Shown here: positions 12,101-24,100 of the stretch, piece by piece
Numbering within the stretch: position 1 is the stretch's first letter
How the letters are laid out: every line of letters starts with the position of its first letter
NCBI GenBank assembly: GCA_965637545.1
Contig: OZ281499.1
Coordinates: 3,472,001 to 3,536,000, forward strand
Source: Phallusia mammillata
Taxonomy: Eukaryota
DNA length: 64,000 bases
Direction of reading: 5' to 3'
Made by a program: the position numbers and the translations under genes
Notes under the pieces: model-generated
What the model was told of the DNA's origin: nothing
What the model saw: only the letters and a program-made list of their open reading frames with translations
Database searches by the model: none

Positions 12101-15100
12101 GAGCGTAAGTAGGAAAGTGCCGATTAGCCTAAACCACAATTGAAATTGGCTTAAACTCAATCATCAGTGAAATATTTGATTCGGATGCACCAATTTTGTA
12201 AACTAGAGCTTCAGTACATAACTACTATTTAGTTTTCATTTTCACTCTAAGGAGCTAGTGTTTTTTTTTTTTTTTTTCTAAACCAATATGTATCAAACCA
12301 TTGGTTATTTGATATCAACAATCTGTTCTCTATCAACATACGTTTTTTTTGTATTTCTGCATTAAAATTGTAATGATTGCAAATATGATGGTAGAGTATC
12401 ATGAGAACATCCATTTTCTTGTTATGTTGGTTTGAGTTTATTTCAGAATGTTTACACTAAATTGCAGTCGGACATTCGAACATTGGCCTTCTGAAACCCC
12501 AACAGTCTACCCAGCAGACTTGGCAAGATCAGGATTTTTTTATCTTGGTAATCTCGACCGAGTTCAATGTTTTTCTTGTGGTGGTGTCTTGAGAAATTGG
12601 AACTATGGTGATAATGTGCAAGCTGAACATCGCAGACACTTTCCGCATTGCAAGTATGTTGACACTGACTGTCTCATAATTGAACTTGGTTTATAGTCTT
12701 TATTTTTGTGTAGAATGTGCCAGGGTTCAGAAACAAGAAATGTGCAACTGACACCAGATGAACGTGCAGCTGTTCCAAGTCAACAAACTGTGTTTCATGA
12801 ACCACCAGATCCATCTGAGGACCAATCTGTAAGTTACAAAGTTTGCCATTGCATTCTTAACATGTCAATATAGTTTCTACACAGATGGGAACCGTATTTG
12901 CTCAATGTGTTTTACATTCCAGAGGGACCTCCGCAACATGTTTCAATGCCAATACCCAGTTAGCCCACACATGAGAAATGAAGACACTCGCTTTGAAAGT
13001 TTCGACCATCGTTGGCCAGAAAGTCAAGTTAATGCAACTCCAAGACAAATTGCTAGAGCTGGATTCTTTTTCTTGGGTACAAAACTAAAAAAAAAAGTTA
13101 TACAAACAGCTCGTCTATTTTTTGATTATCTACAGCACTGCTTTTTAACCTTTTTAAGTTTCAACTATGTTGTTTCAATTTAACTGTTAATGAACTTAAA
13201 CAAAACAGTGAAATAATGAAAATAGTACAGGTTTGAGTGAATATTCAATATATTTTATTGTAAGTCATCGTGATTCAAATTATAACTTATTTGGCTTAGG
13301 ATTAAGAACACACCTAGTTTAAGATTGTTTATGCATAGAGAAAACCCTGTCATGTTGTTATGTGTTTTACCAAACATCAGTTTGTATAAAACATGGTCAT
13401 ATAATGCAAGTTTCCATTTATGACAACACCATTATTACTGCACAGGAGAGAGAGATCGTGTGAAGTGTTGGTATTGCAATGGAGGTCTTCAAAACTGGGA
13501 TCCACAAGATGAACCATGGACAGAACATGCAAAGTGGTTTCCAACGTAAGTTGCATGTAATTTGTTACATAAATTCAGAACACTTCGTATAGCTGGATGT
13601 ATGTCCAAGATAACATAAAATATTTCAAGTTGGTTGCAAGTCATACCATTTCACTTGTTATACATCGATATGGGCAGTATGTTGGCCAGGAAACATATTT
13701 GTGTCCAACTATAGAATGGTAACTTGAGCTACCTAGACCATTGTGTCACAATCACATGAATTCCCCTCCTGTCTGAAATGTACAGCAGACATACAAAAAA
13801 GCTGGTGATTTTTTTGTGGGGGAATCCCCCACTGGTGCTGCTTTTTGGTATGTCAAGAGGATTATTTCCTGTATTGCGCCACTCTGTACTGAGCACCAAA
13901 CCATTATCTATTTTCCTTTAGGAGACAAATGCTCAAATTTCTTTTGTTGGGTGTATAAAAATGTTTGTTTCTAATCATAATGTTGCATTATTTTAGATGC
14001 TACCAAAAATATTTTTTTATGTTTGAAACAGTTGGTGATATACTAATAAAAATATAATGGATATCAATTTGATTACTTTCCACTGTATGTGTACACATAA
14101 ATATGTACTGGCATTTATTAGTGTAACATGTTGTGTACAGAAAATTTAACAAAAACATTCTTGCAAATAAAACTTGGGTTAAACTACAGAAAAAATCAGT
14201 TTGACCTTGTGCTAATTTGGATAAAAGATGAGGTATGAGTGATTTATATTGCTTCACTTAACGAAATCATTTGGTTTAACCAGATTGTTAAATTCAAATT
14301 TCTGCCTAATCCTCCCACCCAAATTTTTTAATAATTGCACAGTTATTGTATTTATTAGGGATAGGCCGAGCGGAAAAAAAACGAAATGGAATGCTATAAA
14401 ACTAGCATTCAATTAGAATGTTTGTGACGTCATAATGCACCGCGCGTTCTTGTCCAAGCACCGAGCATAAGTCTTAGATGTTCGGTGCTCGACGAAACAG
14501 AACATTTGCAGTTTAGGCCCATCCCTAGTTTTAATTGTTCAATAATAGAATTTGTTGACTTCAGATGTGAGTTTTTGCTGCAAAGAAAGGGTCCTGATTT
14601 TGTTCATCGCATGGTGTCAATGTTTCCAAATCTTCCCCGACCATTACTTCGTGGACCACACGATGTCGCACCACCCAACCCTGGGCGAAGAATTGCTTAT
14701 GGAACAGCATCTGCACGAGCTCCTTCCCCACCACCACCTATCATTGATCCACAGGTAAAAGATGGCATGGTCACTATTTCACAATGCTAACTGGTACTAA
14801 TAACTGTAAATTGAAATGAGAGTTATGTTGTTTTGCTACCAAAAGAAAATTACAGTCTACTTATCTTGCGGTCATATTTTCTTGGATTAATGTCACTTTC
14901 CCCACTAAAAAAATTTGGCGGCATTTAAAAATGGTGCATGAAAAATTTTGTAAACAAGGTTTTGTATATCAAAGTCAAGTTGATTAAAACTGCAAGGAGA
15001 CCCATGCCAAGTGTGATTATTGGTTGAATTAAGTTATGTTTGACACATGAGTTAATGCTAACTACACAACTGCATGAAATGGTTAGGTACTCTTAAGAAT

Positions 15101-18100
15101 TTTTTGAAGTCTGTTTGACCTTTTTAGGAGATACAAATCTTCTTGAAGTGTATGAAACCACAAGAAAAGATTGGGTATTTTTAGCCAACATTTAAAAATG
15201 TTCACAATAATATGGATGTCAGAGTTTTGTTTATATTCAACCTTTTGTATAATTTCTGTATTAAGTATTGCTTGGCAAATTTGGGTCCGTTTTTAAGAGT
15301 GGCATTGACAAATCCATGTGCACTTAGCAGAACACACATAGCAAAAACTTTACATAGGAGATAATAAGCATAGAAAAGTTTGTGAGCATGGCTACCAGCA
15401 TAAAAGCAAATATATTTATGTGTATGTATTTGCTAAAACACAAAACCTATTACTTGTTGGTCAGTTACCAAATTCTGGCAAAACAGGCTTTTTACTACTT
15501 TTTAATGACATAGGATAGTTTTGGTGTTAAGTCACCCAGTTTTTTCTGTGAGTTCATCCTTATGTGAAAAGAGTTTTTTTGAAGTTTTAGTGCATTGTAT
15601 ATCATAATAACAACTAATTATGCATGAAATAATACTGTGTTTTGTCTTAAATTAGTAGTGTACAAAGGCATATCACCAACATTCAGTGTGAAAATTTTCA
15701 ACTTAAAATGTCAAAGTGTTTCCTCTTTCTCAAAAAACTATTAGTCTTTATAAATTGACAACTGACGTTGACAAACAAGTCATTCAATGCCTAAAGGTTA
15801 CACTTTACATATATATTGCTTTGTTTTGTCAAAGGCTGAAATGCAGCGGGAAAGACAAAAGATACAGGAGGCGATGAACTCTGACATTGTCAAGGCAGCA
15901 ATTGAAATGGGCTTTGAGAGGAAAGTTGTTCGTCATGTTGTGAAGAGGTGCAAGATAAATTTACATCTGCGTTTAAAAATAAAGAAGAAAATAACACAAT
16001 CAAACTTTTATGTTCAAAGCAACTCAAATTGTTTGCATACTTAACGAATTTTGAACTTGTTACTGAAGATCCCCCAGAAAAATGTACTTTTACCAATGTA
16101 GACTGTTAATCATATATAAGCATAAAAACTAAAACAAATTGACAACAAAAATGTTAATGTATGGATCACTTTTACATGAACCCTTAGTATTGCTAAAAAA
16201 AGGAATATAAAACATTAAATCATTATGGTACTCTGCTGCCAATAATGTTCATGTGAACTACCTAAGAGACCAGATTTTTATTTCCAAGCATTTGACGTGT
16301 AAAAAAACATCACTTTGCATACAGACGAATTCGTCGAGCGGATATGTACACAACAGTTGCTGACTTGGTTGATGATGTCACAGGTAACACAGGTGATGTA
16401 TCAGACAGTGATGATGAAGAAAATGAAAGTTCCATGCAATCTCAGCCATCAACATCTGCTAAAACACTAGCAGGAGGTTTGTTTGATTGATGTTGTACCA
16501 CATCACAGATTTACTACTTGATGTTGTTTAAGTGTTGTCCATTATATTGGAAATTTTTGCTCAATTAAAGTAATTAGGTGTTAGGGGAGACTGGGGATGG
16601 CTCAGACAATTTTAAAAACAAACAAAAAACAGTGAATATCTATAAATTTTAGTTTGTTTAATAGGGCAATCATTGGCCGATAGAAGTAAAGCCAGTAAAA
16701 CAATTAGCAACTATAAAAAGTCCAAACAAAGCAGCTATTAATTGTCCAAAGTTAACCTGGTATGGTAAACCCTGGATAGACCATAGGATATGATTTAACA
16801 AATAATTTGACCTATTAACAACAAATCTGTCCTATTTTTTTCCATTTTTATTTTTCACCATGTGCAATTTAACACTAATTTTGACATAAGTGTTCTAACA
16901 TAGGTGTCAGTAGAGATACCTCTACCAACAGGTCTAATGTACTCCCAACCTTGTGGAAAAAATGAGTAAAAAAGAGCCAACTGATTGCTTAATACCTAAA
17001 TTATCAAGTGCTAATCAAAAATTGCTGATAATAAATAACTTTTATTATAAAAACGGACATTTCAGTAATCTGCATTTAGTTACACCCTTACAAACCAAAT
17101 TTAAACATCTAGATATTTGCAATGTTTTCATTATTTTAGTTGTTGCAAATAATTAAAGCCAAACTTGTTTTAAACAACTATTTGCTTTTTATTCGACGCA
17201 TAGAGGATTTTATCAAAGATATCACAATATTTTTGGATGGCTTTGTATGCTGTATCCAGAGTGTCCCAGTGTCCGAATTATCCCCAGTCTCCCCTGCTGT
17301 TTGTATATAATACAGAATCTGTATTTTATATTATAAATAGCTCAACTTCAACCCTTTCTTTAGTTTTAGGATCTATCATTTTATTTCAGGGGTTACCATT
17401 TAGCAAAATTTAAAATTTTAGTTTAATAACACCAAACATATATCTTTTAATTTACTCAGGGCTAAAAGGAGCATGCAGGTCAGTAGCAATTATACAATTC
17501 TAAGTTGCTTGTCACTCAATTTAAAAGATGGTACCAAAGGAAGGTAGTTACTAGGAAAGACAGTCTTTTTGCATTGTGAGATTTGTGTTAGAATTAGACA
17601 CATACTCAGGCAGCAATTTTTTTATGACATAAGTTTTTATAATGTAGGAGCCTGATTTTTTCAAAATGAATTGTTTAGCCTTACAGTCAACTGTGTATAA
17701 AAGGAAGATATTTGTTTAGCAAGCAAAAACATTGTAAGGAAAGAATGGTCTAAGTTACAGGTAGACTGTTTAGGAAGCGAAAAGTTCCAGAGTAATTTTG
17801 GGTCCAATTTAGATCAGAAATTTTTTCTTCTTGCTTTTGCAAACTTTCTGATAGACAACTGTATTTGTTTCATCTCCAAACTTTTTTGCAAACAGAAACA
17901 GATAACACTGAAAAATGGAATACACTTTATGTTGATGAAAACAGAAATTGATAAATCATCTGCTACAGAACTGTTTACAACATTGCAGCTCTTGGGCAGT
18001 TTTTGGTTTGAACAGGTCACTTTTCATGTTCATGTCAAGTGTTCCTAGATATGACTTACACTAGTTACAAAATGTTGCAACAAAAGTATGGAAACTGTCC

Positions 18101-21100
18101 CCTTTTCTTATCTTTGATGATTCTTATTTGCTGATGTGATTTCATGGATACAGTCATTATACAGAATTCATCTGCTGTTCCATTTATTGAAATCTGTTTG
18201 TTTTCTCAGTACAACTGTGTTGTATGGAAAAAAGTTGTACCAAGTGTTTGTTGTCACCACATCAATCAGATCCGAAAACATACAAGAAAGAACACATTGG
18301 AAAATCTCTGGGGTTATGAGAGTCTGTTATTGGATTTTGAAATTGATTTTATTGGATTTTGAAATTTTTAAAAAAATTGTCGTATGCCTATACAGTGACC
18401 GAATTATAGAAGTTAATTTTCTTCTGATCATTGAACAAGAGGAAAATGTTGCATGAATGAAGTTGCTGGACTTGGAATTGTTTTTGCATCTGAGCAATCT
18501 GCATAACTGACTCTACATTGTTTGAAAGTTACATTTTGCATAAAGAATGATGCAGTAAACTGATTTTCATGCATCCTAAACGTAAACTGATTTTCATGAA
18601 TCCTACAAATTGTAACAAGCAGGAAAGATCTGAATAAGAGAACATTCATTTGGAAAATTGACTTTTTTGCAATTTTTTTGTGTTGTTTGTTTCTAAACAC
18701 TGATTTTTATTTGTTGTTGCTCTGTGACAGTACATTGTTGTTGTTTTTTGTATTCTTGATTATTCAACCTTGCATCCCCCCTACATATTTTTATTTCTTG
18801 TACTATTTTGTGCCATATGTCATAAATTTCTACTCTACAGATTAGCATCAGGATTTGATTGTAAATCATAAAAGCTGTGGTTCTGGTATGACAAGGAAAT
18901 TGTGCAGCATCTGTTTTGCCTCATACCACTGTGTCCATTGGGTTTGTATACCCCTTTGACAGTTTCACATTGACTAATTTTAAAAACTCATTCATTAAAT
19001 TGGAATGCTTGACTAAATTTTAATTACTGTTGTTTTTGTCAAACAAAACATTTGGATTTTAAATGCCAGAAAATTGTTCCCCGAGTCTGTTCAACTGCTT
19101 GATTGCTATTTCGGAAAAGTGAAAATGATTTGCATCTTCTTGAGTCCACGCCCCACATTATTTGGACTTGGGTTGTTAAACCTGAAACCCTGAACCAATT
19201 TAACTTGTAACTCAACTACCAGCTTCTGAACATTGTCATTTAGGTATTTTTTGATGAATGCAAAACCACATGCGAAAAGCGCAAATGATTCACAACAGTT
19301 CAAGATGATTGTGGAACTGAGGAACTGTGAAAATCTTGTACCAGTGTCAAGTTTGTCCACACTAAATACTGGTGTGGAGTGTATCCTTGATGTTAGCTGA
19401 AAGGTAAATTTTAAACATTTCTAATTTTCATACAGGCTCGGCTCTATCACTTGCTATACACAAAGTGGTATGAGATTTTATTGAACTAATACCAGAAAAT
19501 TGAACTAATACCAGAAAAAGCGAAGCAGTTGATTTCTATCTTTGTTTGGGATGCATTTGAAATAGACAATTAAAGTGTAAATAGACAAAAACATTTGGAA
19601 GCATTTTGGACCAAAACAATACACAAAAGATGAAAATGGTCATTGGAAAAAATACTTTGTGATGAAAAATTTGACCAATGTTAACTGAAGCTTCACTGCC
19701 AAAGTTTCTTTGTAAAAATGTGGTTAACGGACTTGTTATTGAAGCAAATGATAAAGGCAAAGCTGACCTTTTGTATCATGACAAAGTTTTTTAGAAATTG
19801 CAAACTAGATTCCAGGTTCACATTGGATAAGTGTCAATCCTGTTGTTGTTACTCACGAAGACTCAAGCAAAGGTCATTATTTGGCTTGACCAAATTGGTT
19901 GTTCTACCAACATAAGCTGAATACATGGTTAGATGAAGACCTGGATTGGAGACCAACTGAAAGGACTTTGCCACTTAAGATCAATTTTGGATGTGTTGTA
20001 TTGATATTCGTCTTCGTCTACTGGGATAAACAATTGTTTAGCAAGAAAAAACAGTTTAACATGTTATTGGCCTGTACAAAAATAAAAGATTTCCAAGAAT
20101 GTTTTTTTACCTTTTGTCAGCAGTTTTATTTATTCAAAGTATCAATTTAACTGTTCTCCTCCAAAATTTCTTGTTAGCTTTGCACATTTAAAACTTGTTT
20201 AAATAAGTAATTGGTTGAAACATATTTTTTTAATTTGGTGGCAACATTAGGGAAGCTCATAATATCATTCCAATTTCAACTTCTCTTTAAACTGTTCTCT
20301 GAATGTAATAACAATTCAGAGAGTCTCGAAACTGTTTAGAAGATCTCATAAGATTTGTATGCATGATCAAAACATTTGCATGTTGTTTTACATCACCTAC
20401 AAATGTGTGTTGCATGATTCACACACTTGTGATATGTAATGCATGACTAGTTTGTGGTAAAACGTGAAAAAGCATGAAACTATCACAATGAACATCAAGT
20501 TTTAATCACAACCAAGAAGAGCATGTTGACCTTCACTGGAGATGAAGTTCTCACAAGATACTGTGCTGTATGGGGCTGTTGTGTAAATAACATTTATTTG
20601 CACTTGAAAGAAGAAGCGTTATTGTTGTGTTGTGTATTTGTATGGCTTGCCCACAGAATAAAACAATATGTCACATCACAACAAAATTATGAGTGCTTCA
20701 AAGCAAGGTTGCCATACCCTCCCTATCTGTCCTTAATTTGATGTACATCATGAAAATAAATTAGACTGTCTTTATTTCTAAGAAATTATCTTATTTCTGA
20801 CACACACCCTTATTTTTATACGTTTGGTCTTTCATTTTACCTTACATGTTCACTATCATTTTCATTTATGACAACTTGTATACAATATAGCACCTTACTA
20901 TTAGCACAATAGGTTACTAGATTCACTTGTAGGATTTTTTTAATGTAAAAATTTACCATTTGAAATCAAATATCAGTGGCTTCAATATGTTTTTGTGTAA
21001 AATCCATTGCCAGTCTCATTTGTCTCATTTTATTGTGTTACATTGATGGCAACCCAGCTTATAACAGTGTGTGAACAACCTAACTTCCAAGCACTCATAA

Positions 21101-24100
21101 AACATCAGCATGAGCAAGTTTTCTAATTTAAAACGAATGACAAGTATTAATACAAGCAAATTTGTTGTTATGTTTTCATTTAGTAGTACAAGTAATCACT
21201 TGATAAAGCATTAGTTTGTTTCGATGTCTACTTTCAAACTAGAGACTATTAATGTAAAACAGCCATGATACATGGATTCCCCATTTTAAATTTAGGTTTC
21301 ATAAGTCTGCATAACCAAGTTAACAGCTACAAGGGAAATGGACCGTTAAAGAACTGAACATTGGGTATTAAATCTGAGGTCACATAGGCTAAATTGGCAA
21401 GTTGCCAAATACACTATTCAATTTGCTGAAAAAACATTTAATTATCAATTTTGTTTCAAGCTTTCACTCGGCCTAACTTAGGTGGTAAGATTGTGAACTC
21501 TTCCATCTGTCTGGTAATTTTGATTGGTCAGAATTGTTTCTCTTGTGGTTCTTTGGATGATGCTTTGAAATCTTTATGATGGTTTTCAAAATCTTTTAAA
21601 GGGTTGCAGTTGCATAAGTTAAGCAGAGATTATTTGATAAGCCTAGACATTTCATTGCTAAGCCCAGACATTTACTTTAGTTAGTAAGGATTTTAGATTT
21701 TGCAGTAAAGCATGGAATTATCAAAGAAGAATCTTTGCATTTACAATAGGAAAAGTGCCTTCACAGGTAATGCATTTCAAGCAGTTAGATTTTCTTCACC
21801 TGTACATTGTTTCAGGTAATTATGTAGCAACTGATCACTTGCTATGTGACAATCCTTTAGTACTCTGTAAGTGCATGAATAGAGTGCAGAACTCCACAGT
21901 AAATATATTTACACACAAGGCGAGGACACATATGTTTAAAGAGGTGACAAAGTGATTATGTATGAGATGTAGATTTTTGGTGAGTTGTTGACTTCTTGTT
22001 GTTTTTGACATTATTTTACTATCTCAAATACAAAACAATACAAATAATAAAATTCCAACTAGACAATAGGAATTGAAAAACTCCAGACTTAATTGTTCTT
22101 TACCAGTTTGGTCTGTTTTTGTTAGCTGGATCCATATTCTCACCCCACTTTTTACTTCTTCGATTGTCAACTGAATGATAAAAGAAAGTAAACTTGAAAT
22201 TGCTTTTTTAATAGGGTCACAATCATCAGCACCAAATGAACAGTCATCCATGGAAATTGAAGGTAGGCCAACAAACTTATTTATTACCTATAAGAAAAAA
22301 CATATCGTGAAAAATAACTTTCACTGATGGAACCAGTCAAGTTGGGATTGAAAAGCTAACCACCCATGTTGTGGAAAGAGTGTTGGGTTTCACAGGAAAA
22401 GAAACCCTGTCGGATAACTTCCGGTGCCAGAAGAAAGGGTGCAACACAAAACACAGTGGTGATAGTACATGATATGTAGTTGTACTACCTTACATAAAAA
22501 TGAGTCCATAGGTTTTGGGGATACTGAAGTTGGGAAACGCCATCAGCTTCCTAAATCTTATAAAGAAACAATCAAGATCTCAATTAATTATGGGTCCCCT
22601 TCCCTGAAGGGGACACATTTTGATTTTACTCGATTTTTTTTTTTTTTCTTGTTTTTTTTTTTCTTCCCTCAAGTTTGTCCACCCCACTTTGCCAAGAAAT
22701 GTTTGATGGATTTGGATGAAATTTTCACTGATGGTAGATATGGTTATGTAGATGTGCCATTTGTTTTGTTTGACTCGATAGCCCCAGTGTTTACCCCACT
22801 AGCCCCCTAAAATGGGTGATTTTTTAAACAATGTCCGAATCGGATGAAATTTGGATAGTTTGTTCATTGTGCCATTTTAGGGCATCGTTTGTTATGTTTT
22901 ACCCTGTAGCCCCAATATTTACCCCACTAGCCCCCTAAAATGGGTGATTTTTTAAACAATGTCCGAATTGGATGAAATTTGGACAGTTTGTTCATTGTGC
23001 CATTTTAGGGCATCGTTTGTTGTGTTTTACCCTGTAGCCCCAATATTTACCCCACTAGCCCCCTAAAATGGGTGATTTTTAAACAATGTCCGAATTGGAT
23101 GAAATTTGGACAGTTTGTTCATTGTGCCATTTTAGGGCATCGTTTGTTGTGTTTTACCCTGTAGCCCCAATATTTACCCCACTAGCCCCCTAAAATGGGT
23201 GATTTTTTAAACAATGTCCGAATTGGATGAAATTTGGACAGTTTGTTCATTGTGCCATTTTAGGGCATCGTTTGTTGTGTTTTACCCTGTAGCCCCAATA
23301 TTTACCCCACTAGACCCCAAAAATGGGTGATTTTTTAAACAATGTCCGATTTGGATGAAATTTGGACAGTTTGTTCATTGTTCCATTTTAGGGCGTCGAT
23401 TATTGTGTTTCACCATGTAGCCAAATATTTACTACTTAAGCCACCTATGGTTTATAAAACGTCCGATTTGGGTGAATTTTTGATAGTTTTTTGAATTTGG
23501 CATTTGTAGCTGTAAATATTGTGTTCCACCCTGCAGCCCTAATATTTACCCTACCAACCCCCCAAAATGGGTGAATTAATCAACAATACATTTTGACACT
23601 TTGTATAATATGCCATTTTGAGATGTCAGTGTTTTGTGCTATTTAGGCACACAAACTTATAACATTGTCTCAATTGCATGAGATTTGGACAGTTTGTACT
23701 TTACATAACTTGTTTTTTTAAGTAACACTACCAATCACTGTGTTTGACTTTATAGCACCATTTCTTATGGTTGTCTGTTTACAACTTTGCGGTTTTGGGG
23801 ACCCATGAGTTTCTGCCTGCAGAAACAAATCAAGATTATAAAAATGTTGGCTAATATGGGACCCAATATAAATAAATATAGAGAATATATTACAGTTTGC
23901 AGAATAGGTTGTAGTGTATATGCTATAGTAAAATGTGCTAAGCCACCCTTCTAGTTTATGGAAAGGTTCTTGCTCATTTCCCCTAGAGTGAAAAAGAAAA
24001 TATAGCTGAACCTTGTGCACATTAGGCTGATGTGAAAGGCATCCCAGGAAATGTAGAGATTTCAAAATATTAGGCTACGAATTAAAAATTTTTGGCAAAA

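Noticed and set aside
12447-12467. Upstream acceptor giving [10 protein letters not shown] (ORF-track start 12448)
   Set aside because: The acceptor at 12467 yields the canonical BIR start E-x-x-R-x-x-T-F (ESERARTF); the extra 7 residues would break it.
13816-13832. GC hairpin GTGGGGG-aat-CCCCCAC as a Helitron 3' end
   Set aside because: No correctly spaced CTRR terminus and no matching 5' TC end identified.
16904-16931. Possible IAP micro-exon (GVSRDTSTN) before the RING
   Set aside because: It lies inside the 16584-17294 MITE, has a weak donor, and ends in phase 2, incompatible with the phase-1 RING acceptor.
19897-19920. SAYVGRT on the - strand resembling a GIY-YIG (Penelope) motif
   Set aside because: No preceding G-x-x-Y...C-x-x-C and no following R-x-x-E-H; the + strand LINE-like reading explains the region slightly better.
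20523-20741. YCAVWGC resembling a THAP zinc-finger start
   Set aside because: The rest of the THAP signature (FP, W, C-x-x-H-F) is absent; too short to support.
22781-23700. Regular repeat array as a CRISPR or coding repeat
   Set aside because: Units are contiguous with no unique spacers, there are no cas genes, the context is eukaryotic, and the array sits inside a HINE-like element.
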